A stretch of 52,543 nucleotides of DNA, taken from Planctomycetota bacterium. Lineage in GTDB: Bacteria; Planctomycetota; B15-G4; JADJEK01. The stretch covers positions 1 through 52,543 of the forward strand of contig JBGAIQ010000041.1 in the NCBI GenBank assembly GCA_044225365.1, written 5' to 3'. Of this stretch, positions 34,356-43,900 are shown one piece after another. The first letter of the stretch is position 1. The number at the start of each line of letters is the position of its first letter. Position numbers and translations under genes: made by a program. The notes beneath the pieces were generated by a model, which made no database searches, was not told the origin of the DNA, and saw only the letters and a program-made list of their open reading frames with translations.

Positions 34356-37300
34356 TTACCGAGCGTCCTTCAACGCTTCCGTGCGCTTGCGCACGACCGT
34401 GAGCGCGGCGGAGGCCGCCGTGGCGCCGTTTCGCATCGCTCCCGTGGGCGCGACATCCGCGCCCTGGAGTTGGCCGAGGACTCGATTCAACTGCGCGATC
34501 ACCTGTTGGATGGACGGGCCAGCCTTCGCATCGAGCGAGCCGGCGAGTTCGTCGTCGATCCGCCCGATGCGCGCTTCGAGGTCCGTGGCTGTCGAGTTCT
34601 TGCGCGCTTCGACGAGCTTTTCGCGCATCGCCGTGAGAGCGTCCCGCAACTCGCTCATCTGCGCGAGGCCGTCGTACATCGATTTGGAGAGAGTGAACTG
34701 CTCGCGCAGGTCCGACGCGAGGGTCGTGACGCGCGGGTCCATCTCGACGAGAAGGGTCTGAGCGTGCGTTTCGCCATTCACCGTGAGTTTCACGATGTAA
34801 CGCCCCGGCAGGACGACCGGGCCTTCGGGCAGCTTCGGCGTGTCGTGGAGGATCGCGCCCATCGAATAACTCTGTTGCTGGGTCGGGAGAGCGGGGTAAT
34901 GCAGGTTCCAGACGAATCGATGCATTCCGGCAGACTTGCTCAGCACGCGAGTCGGTCGCATCCAATATTTCGGGATCTGGCCCTCGTCGTCGAGCGGAGC
35001 CGCGACGTCGGCGCTCGTGTACCTTCTCACGAGTCTGCCCGATTCATCCTCGATCGCGAGCGTGACCACGCCGGTTGCGTCCGCCTTCAAGTAATAATCG
35101 ATGAGGGCGCCGTCCGGCGGATTCTGCCCGGCAGGCTCTTCCTGCGGCAGGGGGGTGTCGGTGTTCATGTTCCAGCGCACGCGCATGGCGACCTGCGGTT
35201 CGAAGAGATGGGACGACGCACTCACGATCGCGTCGGTCATCTGCCGTAGCGGAGTGACGTCGTCGAGGATCCAGAACGAGCGGCCATGCGTGCCCACCAC
35301 GAGGTCGTCGTCCTTCACGACGAGATCGCGGATCGAGGTCGCGGGCATGTTCTGTCGCAGCGACTGCCAATGGTCTCCGTCGTCGAACGAGACGTAGACC
35401 TCGCGCTCGGTTCCGGCGTAGAGGAGCCCGGGCTTCCTGCCGTCCTCGCGGACGACGTTGACGATCGCGCCGTTCGGAATGCCGTTCGTGATCTCCGTCC
35501 ACGTGCGGCCGAAGTCGTGCGTGCGCTCGATGTGCGGGCGAAGGTCGTCGAGCCGGAAGGTGTTGATCGCGGCGTACGCGGTGCCCTTCGCGAAGTGGCC
35601 GGCGTCGATCAAGGAGACCTTGGCCCACGGCGTGAGGACCTTCGGCGTGACGTCGCGCCAGCTCTTGCCGCCGTCCTCGGTCACGTGGATGAGTCCGTCG
35701 TCGGTGCCGGCGAAGAGGAGATCGACGTCGAGTGGCGAGGGAGCGAGCGTGTAGACCACGCCGCGGCGCGCAGGATGCGCCGAAGGCAGGGACGAATAGA
35801 CGCCGACGTTCTGCGGCGGATCGAATTTCTCGCGAGTGAGGTCAGGACTGATCGCCGTCCAATGGTTGCCGCCGTCGCTCGTTCGCCACACGACGTTCGA
35901 TGCGAAGAACAGGATGTGGGGGTCCGCCGGCGAGAAGATCACGGGCTGCGTACGAAGCACGCGGTAATCGGGTGTCCGCTCGGGCGCGACGTCCTGCACC
36001 TGTCCCGTTCGGCGATGAAAGCGCGTGAGCTTCCCGCCGTAGATCACGTCGGGATCGAGCGGGTCGGGCGCGACGTAGCCGTATTCCTCCACGCCGACCG
36101 GATGCCAATCGCGAAATGTGATCTCGCCCGCATCGCCGCGGCTGGAGATCCCGACCGAGCCGCTCTCCTGCTGCCCGCCATAGACGCGATAAGGAAACGC
36201 GTTGTCCGTCGCGACGTGATAGAACTGCGCCGTCGCCTGGTTGTACCAAGAGCTGAACGTCTCGCCGCCGTTGACGGTGATGATCGCGCCCTGGTCCGCG
36301 GCGAGCAGGATGATCTCCGGGTGCTCTGGGTTGATCCACAGGCGATGATAATCATCTCCTCCCGGCGCGCCGCGAAAAGCGTGGAACGACTTACCACCGT
36401 CGGTCGATTTCCAGGCGCAGATCGTCGCGGTGTAGACGATGTCGTCGTTCTTCGGGTCGACCTTCACTTCCGCGAAGTCGCTCCCTCGCGACGTGAAGCG
36501 GGTGTCGGCGTTGATCTGGATCCAGTGCTCGCCGCCGTCGTCGGAGCGATAGAGGCCCGCGTTCTTCGAGGCCTCGACCGTCGCGAACAGACGATTACGA
36601 TTGCTCGGCGCGACCGTGATCCCGATCCGTCCGAGGTTTTCCTTCTCGAAGGTGGGCAGTCCATTCGTGAGCGGCTTCCACGTGTTGCCGCCATCGATCG
36701 ATTTGTAGAGACCGCTCCCGGGGCCGGTGAAGACTCCGTTCTCCCACGGCGCTTGCCGGGCTTGCCAGAGCACCGCGTAGACGGTGTTCGCATCGACGGG
36801 ATCGAGCGCAACATCGACGCCGCCCGTGTCCGCATCCTTGTAGAGAACCTTCTGGAAGGAGCGCCCGCCGTCGATCGAGCGGAAGATGCCGCGTTCCTCG
36901 TTCGGACCGTAGGGATGACCGAGCACGGCGACGAACAAGCGATCGGGGTTCTTCGGATCGACGACGATCTGCGGGATCTGCTGGCCGTCGCGCAGGCCGA
37001 GATGCTCCCACGTGGTTCCGGCGTCCGTCGACTTGTAGATGCCGTCGCCCGTCGAGAGGTCGGGACGCTGGAGGCCCTCGCCGCTGCCGACGTAGATCAC
37101 GTTCGGCTGCGACGCCGCGATCGCGATCGCGCCGATCGAACCCGTCGGTTGATCGTCGAAGATCGGGGTCCACACCCGACCGGCGTCCGTCGTCTTCCAC
37201 ACGCCGCCGTTGCACACGCCGATGTAGAACACATTCGGCTGCGACGCGATCCCCGCCGCTGCCTTGGTGCGCCCGCCGCGATGCGGACCGATCATGCGCC

Positions 37301-37409
37301 AGTGCAGCTCGGAGTAGGCACTTTGCGGGAAGGGTTGCGCCTCGACCGACGTGGCGAGGGTCGACAGGGCGGCGGCCGATGCGATCGCGATAGCGAACAA
37401 TCTCTTCAC
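34356..37409 (-). CDS. Secreted BNR/Asp-box (VPS10/sialidase-like) repeat glycosyl-hydrolase-like protein
   Basis: WRMIGP.RGGR and many (S/T).D.G.(T/S)W Asp boxes, e.g. KSTDAGTTW, SFDDGDHW. GTG 37409 with GGAGG RBS and a signal peptide. Confidence 0.92.
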   Translation of the reverse strand: MKRLFAIAIASAAALSTLATSVEAQPFPQSAYSELHWRMIGPHRGGRTKAAAGIASQPNVFYIGVCNGGVWKTTDAGRVWTPIFDDQPTGSIGAIAIAASQPNVIYVGSGEGLQRPDLSTGDGIYKSTDAGTTWEHLGLRDGQQIPQIVVDPKNPDRLFVAVLGHPYGPNEERGIFRSIDGGRSFQKVLYKDADTGGVDVALDPVDANTVYAVLWQARQAPWENGVFTGPGSGLYKSIDGGNTWKPLTNGLPTFEKENLGRIGITVAPSNRNRLFATVEASKNAGLYRSDDGGEHWIQINADTRFTSRGSDFAEVKVDPKNDDIVYTATICAWKSTDGGKSFHAFRGAPGGDDYHRLWINPEHPEIILLAADQGAIITVNGGETFSSWYNQATAQFYHVATDNAFPYRVYGGQQESGSVGISSRGDAGEITFRDWHPVGVEEYGYVAPDPLDPDVIYGGKLTRFHRRTGQVQDVAPERTPDYRVLRTQPVIFSPADPHILFFASNVVWRTSDGGNHWTAISPDLTREKFDPPQNVGVYSSLPSAHPARRGVVYTLAPSPLDVDLLFAGTDDGLIHVTEDGGKSWRDVTPKVLTPWAKVSLIDAGHFAKGTAYAAINTFRLDDLRPHIERTHDFGRTWTEITNGIPNGAIVNVVREDGRKPGLLYAGTEREVYVSFDDGDHWQSLRQNMPATSIRDLVVKDDDLVVGTHGRSFWILDDVTPLRQMTDAIVSASSHLFEPQVAMRVRWNMNTDTPLPQEEPAGQNPPDGALIDYYLKADATGVVTLAIEDESGRLVRRYTSADVAAPLDDEGQIPKYWMRPTRVLSKSAGMHRFVWNLHYPALPTQQQSYSMGAILHDTPKLPEGPVVLPGRYIVKLTVNGETHAQTLLVEMDPRVTTLASDLREQFTLSKSMYDGLAQMSELRDALTAMREKLVEARKNSTATDLEARIGRIDDELAGSLDAKAGPSIQQVIAQLNRVLGQLQGADVAPTGAMRNGATAASAALTVVRKRTEALKDAR

Positions 37410-37556
37410 GGCGATCCTCCAGTCCGGACATCGTAGGGGAGCAGCCCACATCGCGGCGAGCGCGATGGCGAGTTCTACAAATCACCGTCGGAGCGGGGCC
37501 GAAGTCGATGGGGATCGAGCGCGATCGGGGAGACGTGTTCGGAGGATCAGCAAGAG

Positions 37557-37703
37557 GATGCCGGGCGGAGCCCGGCGGTCCGAAAGATGCCGGGCGGAGC
37601 CCGATGGTCGGAAAGATGCCGGGCAAATCCCGATGGTCGGAAAGATGCTGCCGGGCGGAGCCCGGCGGTCCGAAAGATGCCGGGCGGAGCCCGGCGGTTC
37701 GAA
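37557..37703 (-). repeat. Five tandem ~29-bp REP-like units
   Basis: Units at 37557, 37586, 37615, 37644 and 37676; reverse complement is tttcggaccgccgggctccgcccggcatc; units 2-3 are degenerate. Confidence 0.9.
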
Positions 37704-37944
37704 CCCACCGTCGAATTCGGGCGGCCGAGAGGGAGCCGAGCGCTCGCCGCGGAGCCTCGCGGCATGCCGTTCGCCATGAGACCCGAAGATCCGCGATCCG
37801 CGGCTCGGCGAGGCGGTTCCGTTCGATACCGCCGCGACCGCGCGGAGCGAGATCGAGGGCGATCGCTTTGCACGACTTCGCGTCCAACCCCATTCCGCGT
37901 TCCGCGTCATGCGCGGGGCGTCGAGGCCACGCGCAGGTGCGGTC

Positions 37945-40900
37945 ATGAAGCGACCGCGGACACTCTTCTTCCCGTCGCTGCCGCCGCTCGAGGAGCCGAT
38001 CCGCGCCGAGATCTTCGGCATCGAGCGGCTCGAGCAACACGCGGAGAGTCTCGCTGCCGCGCAACGCGTGACGGACGGCGACGAGCCGCAGCTCACACTC
38101 CTCCCGCGCGTCGAGTCGAACGGCAGGGCGCTTCGCGAGGCGAACCGGATCATCGCGGACGCCGTGCGCCAGGAGCGTTGGATCACGCCGGCCGCCGAAT
38201 GGCTCCTCGACAATTTTTTCATCGTCGACGAGCAGCTCCGCGAGATCCGCGACGATCTGCCGGTCGGTTTCTATCGAGAGCTGCCCGCGCTGGCGGAAGG
38301 ACATCTCGCGGGTTTTCCGCGAGTCTATGGCATCGCTTGGGCCTTCGTCGCCCACACCGACAGTCGCTTCGATCCCGTCGCGCTCCGTCGATTCGTGCAG
38401 GCCTATCAACGGGTGCAGCCGCTCACGATCGGCGAACTGTGGGCCGTGACGATCTCGCTGCGCGTCGTCCTCGTCGAGAACCTGCGCCGCATGGCGGATG
38501 CGATCGTCGGCGGTCGCGTCGTGCGCGAGGAGGCCGATGCCCTCGCCGACGAGATTCTCGGGCTCAGCGAGCGCGGCGTGAATTCGGTCGCCGAGGTCAT
38601 GTCGCGCGAGGACAACCCTCGTCTCGTGACGGAGTTCGCCGTCGAGCTGGTGCAGCGGCTGCGCGATCGCGACCCCGCCGTGACGCCGGCGCTCGCATGG
38701 CTCCACCAGCGGCTCGCAGCGCAGGGAACCACTGCTGACGAGATCGCGCTCGTCGAGCACGGACGACAAGCCGCGCGGACCGTGACGGTGCGGAACATCA
38801 TCACGAGCATGCGCCTCATCTCCGCGCTCGACTGGACGGCCTTCTTCGAGAGCGTGAGCCTGGTCGACGAGAAACTGAGGGCCTCGAGCACGTATTCGTC
38901 GATGGACTTCGCGAGTCGCGATGGTTACCGCCACGCGATCGAGGAACTCGCTCGCGGTTCGAATCGCACGGAACTCGACGTGACGAAGCGGGCGCTGGAG
39001 CGCTCGGGTTCGGCGACCGATCCGCGCCATTCCGATCCGGGCTTCTATCTCGTCGGCAGCGGCCGGCGCGAGTTCGAACGCGAGCTCGGCTTTCGTCCGA
39101 GCTTGCTGCTCTGGTTGCGGCGCGAGTTTCTGGACGCCGCGACTCCCGGATATCTCGGCGCGCTCGTCCTGACGACTCTGGGCATCCTCGCGGCGGTCCT
39201 GTTCGCTGCGACTGCGGTTCCGATCTCGACGTACGGTCGGATCGTGCTCGGCGTTTTCGCGCTCATTCCCGCTTCCGAGATCGCGATCGCCATCCTGAAT
39301 CGCTTCGTCACGACGGTCGTCACGCCCGAGGTGTTGCCGCGCCTCGAATGGAAGGGAGGCGTTCCGACGGAGTTCAAGACGCTCGTAGCCGTGCCGACGC
39401 TGCTGGCGGGCCGCGCGGACATCGACGAACAGGTGGAGAGGCTCGAGGTCCATTACCTCGCGAATTCCGACGGTGACGTGCGATTCGCGCTCGTCTCCGA
39501 CTGGCCCGATGCGCCGACCGAGCACGCGCCGGGCGACGAGGAGATCCTCGTCGCCGCTCGCGACGGGATCGCGCGACTGAACGAACGCTACGGTCCGACG
39601 CTTTCCGGAGAGGATCGATTCTTCCTGTTCCACCGCAAGCGACTCTGGAACGAGCGCGAAGGGACGTGGATGGGCTGGGAGCGCAAGCGCGGCAAGCTGC
39701 ACGAGCTGAATCGTCTCTTGCGCGGCGCCACCGACACGACGTTCCTCGCCACCAAAGGACCCGGAGGACCGGGGGGGGCCGGGGGCCCGGCGGGATCGAC
39801 GCCGGTCGCACCGAGCGGTGTCCGTTACGTCGTGACGCTCGACTCCGACACGCGGTTGCCGATCGGCGCGATCCACCGACTCGTCGGCACGATGGCGCAT
39901 CCGCAGAATCGCCCGCGTCTCGACCCCGAGTCGAAGCGAGTGGTCGAAGGCTACGCCGTCCTGCAGCCGCGAGTGACGCCGCCTCTGCCCGGTCGCAGTG
40001 GTTCGGTGTTCCAGCGTCTCTGCTCGGGTGCATCCGGAATCGACCCGTACGCGAGCGCGGTGTCGGACGTGTACCAGGATCTGTTCGCCGAAGGGTCGTA
40101 CACCGGAAAGGGAATCTACGACGTCGATGCCTTCGAGGCCGCGCTCGACGGACGCGTGCCCGAGAACGCGCTTCTCAGCCATGATCTGTTCGAAGGCGTC
40201 TTCGCGCGCGCGGGACTCGTGACCGATGTCGAACTGTTCGAGAGCGCACCGTCCAACTACCTCACCGCCGCGAGCCGCCAACACCGTTGGGCGCGCGGCG
40301 ACTGGCAACTCCTGCCGTGGATCCTGCGCGAACGTCTCCTCCCGATCGATCGCTGGAAGATGATCGACAACCTGAGGCGAACGCTCGCGATGGCCACGGC
40401 GTACTTGACCCTCGCTCTGGGTTGGATCTGGCCGGGCTCTTCGCCCGCTCACTGGACGGCGTTCGTGATCGCCGTCGTCGCCGTGCCGGCCTTCCTCCCC
40501 GCGGGCGTGGGAGTCTGGCCGCGCGTTCCCGGCCTCTCGAAACGAAGCCATCTGCGGGCGGTCGCTCGCGACTTCCGCGCGGCGCTCGGGCAGACCTTCC
40601 TCACGCTCACGATCATGGCGCATCAGGCCTGGTCGATGATCGATGCGATCGTGCGAACGCTCTGGCGACTCGACGTGAGTCACGGGCCGATGCTCGAGTG
40701 GCAGACGATGAGTCAGGCTGCATCCAACGCGCCGCTCGCGCTCGCCGGGTTCTATCGGCGCATGATGGGAGGGATCGTTCTCGCGCTCGCTGCAGCGGTG
40801 CTCGTCGCGTGGCGGCGTCCAGAGGCGTGGCCGAGCGCGTTGCCGCTCCTCGCTCTGTGGGTCTTCGCGCCCGTGATCGCTCGGTTCGTCAGTCTTCCGG

Positions 40901-43900
40901 GCCGGCGCGAGAGAACCAAGCCGCTCTCCGACGACGAGGCTCGCGAACTCCGACTCACCGGCCGCCGAACCTGGCGCTACTTCGAGACGTTCGTGCCAAA
41001 GGATGGCAGGGCGCTCCCTCCCGACAACTTCCAGGAGACGCCTTCGCCTGTGATCGCGACGCGAACGTCGCCGACCAACATCGGGCTCTATCTCCTCTCG
41101 ATCGTCTCGGCGCGCGACTTCGGCTGGATCGGGACGCTCGACGCGGTCGATCGCCTCGAATCGACGCTCCGCACGATCCGAGGCCTCGAGCAGCATCGCG
41201 GCCATCTGTTCAACTGGTACGACACGCAGGACGGACGAACGCTCGAGCCGAAGTACGTCTCGTCGGTCGACAGCGGGAATCTCGCGGGCTGCCTCCTCAC
41301 GCTCGCGAGCGCCTGCCGCGCGATGCTCGACCATCCCGTTCTCGGCCCTTCGGCGATCGCGGGGATCCGCGACGCGTTGGATCTACTCCTGGGAGACGCG
41401 ATCGAGTCGGGCGACGGTGAGCGCTCGGCCTCCGTCGAGCACAAGCGATTCGGTGAAGCGCTCGACGTCGTGAGGACCGAGGTCGAAGGGATGCCCCGCG
41501 ATCTCGTCGAGTGGGCCGCTCGAATCGCGGAGCTCGAAGCGAGCACGCGGACCGTCGCGAACTGCGCCCGCGACGTCGCCTCCGAGTCCGCGAATCGATC
41601 GTCGGTTCGCGAGGGTGCCGAGCTCCTGCGCGCCGCGGTCGACACGCACTCGCGAGACCTCGACACGCTCCTGCCCTGGTCGAAGCTCCGCGTCGACGAT
41701 TCGGTCTCTGACGTCTTCGCGGAGTTGAACCATATGCCGACGCTCGCGGAACTTCCCGCGCGTTGTGAAGCGGCGCTTCGCGAGATCATCGCGATCCGCG
41801 CCGCGAACGCGGAGACGGGGAGCGTCACGAATCGGAGTCTGCGAACGGTCGATGCGCTCGTCTCGAGTCTCGAGCGGGCGGTCGCCGCGGCGAGCGCTCT
41901 CAGCAAGCGGATCGAGCGACTCGAATCCGAGGCCCGCGCGATGTTCGCCGCGATGGATTTCAGACTGGTCTTCGATTCGACGCGGATGCTGTTCTCGATC
42001 GGGTATCGAATGCACGACGGAAGTCTCGACACCGGTCGCTACGACCTCCTCGCCTCCGAAGCGCGAATCCTCAGTTTCGTCGCGATCGCGAAGGGCGACG
42101 TGCCCGTGCGTCATTGGTTCCGTCTCGGTCGGTCGCTCACCCCGATGGGCAACGACTCCGTGCTGCTCTCGTGGTCGGGGTCGATGTTCGAGTACCTGAT
42201 GCCGAGTCTGATCATGCGGACGCCGAGCGGCAGTCTGCTCGAGCAGACCTGCCGGCTCGTGGTCCGTCGGCAGATCGAGTACGGCATCGAGCGCGGAGTG
42301 CCGTGGGGGATCTCCGAGTCCGGTTACTTCGTCCGCGACCTCGAGATGACGTTCCAATACTCCAACTTCGGAGTGCCGGGACTCGGCCTCCGTCGTGGTC
42401 TCGGAGACGACATCGTCGTTGCTCCGTATGCGACGGCGCTCGCCTCGATGGTGGAGCCCGTCGCCGCGGTCGAGAACCTGCGCGCCCTCGCGTCCGCTGG
42501 CGCCCTCGGGAAGTACGGCTACTACGACGCGCTCGACTTCACGCCCGAGCGACTCCCGGCCGACAAGCAGAGCGAGGTGGTGAGGACGTTCATGGCGCAC
42601 CACCAGGGGATGACGATCGTCGCCATCTCGAACGTCCTGAACGACGCCGCGATGCGCGCGCGCTTCCACGCCGAGCCGATGGTACGGGCATGCGAGCTCC
42701 TACTGCAGGAGCGAACGCCGCGAGACGTCGCAGTGGCGCGACCCTTGCTCGATGCCGCCACGGCCAAGGGCGATGTCCGCGAAACCACTCCGCCGCACAC
42801 GCGCACCTTTACGTCACCCCACGGGGCGACGCCGAGGACGCAGCTCCTGTCGAATGGGCGCTACGCCGTGATGGTCACCGCCGCCGGTTCGGGATACAGC
42901 CGCTGGAAGGACATCGCGATCACGCGGTGGCGCGAGGATGCGACGAAGGACGACACGGGGTCGTTCATCTACCTTCGCGACGTACTGAGCTCCGAACGCT
43001 GGTCCGCCGGTTATCAGCCGAGCGCGGAGACGCCCGAGAGCTACCACGTATCGTTCGCCGAGGACCGCGCGGAGTTCTTGCGGCGCGACGGAGCGATCGC
43101 GACCCGACTCGAGGTCATCGTTTCCGCGGAGGACGATGCGGAGGTTCGCAGGGTCTCGCTCACGAACCACGGCGTCCGGACCCGCGAGATCGAAGTCACG
43201 TCCTACGCCGAGATCGTTCTCGCATCGCAGGCGGCCGATGCGGCACATCCCGCGTTCTCGAATCTCTTCGTGCAGACGGAGAGCGTGGAGGATCGCGATA
43301 CGTTGCTCGCGACGCGCCGCCGGCGCTCACCCGAGGAGAGCGAGGTCTGGCTCGCGCACGTGATCGCGGTCGAGGGCGAGACGATCGGCGACCTCGAATG
43401 GGAGACCGATCGCGAGCAGTTCCTGGGCCGCGGCCGCGGAGTCCGCGTGCCGAGCGCCATGATGGAGGGGCGCCACCTCTCGAACACGGTCGGCTCCGTG
43501 CTCGACCCGATCCTGAGCCTGCGACGCCGAGTTCGGGTGCGCCCCGGCAAGACCGTACGAGTCGCGTTCGCCACACTCGTCGCTTCGTCGCGCAGTGCCG
43601 TCCTGGATCTCGCGGACAAGTATCACGACGTGACGACCTTCGAGCGCGTCGCGACGCTGGCGTGGACGCACGCGCAGGTGCAAATGCATCACCTCGGCAT
43701 CACGTCCGACGAAGCCCATCTCTTCCAGACCCTCGGCGGTTCGGTGCTCTTCGTCGATCGCGCGCTTCGCGCTTCGGCGAACCTGATCGCGCGCCGGGCG
43801 GAGGGCGTGACGTCGCTCTGGGCCCACGGCATCTCCGGAGATCTTCCGATCGTGGTCGTCGAGATCGAGGAGATCGATGCGATCGACATCGTTCGTCAGT

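Noticed and set aside
37557-37703. CRISPR array (29-bp palindromic repeats)
   Set aside because: The units abut with no spacers.
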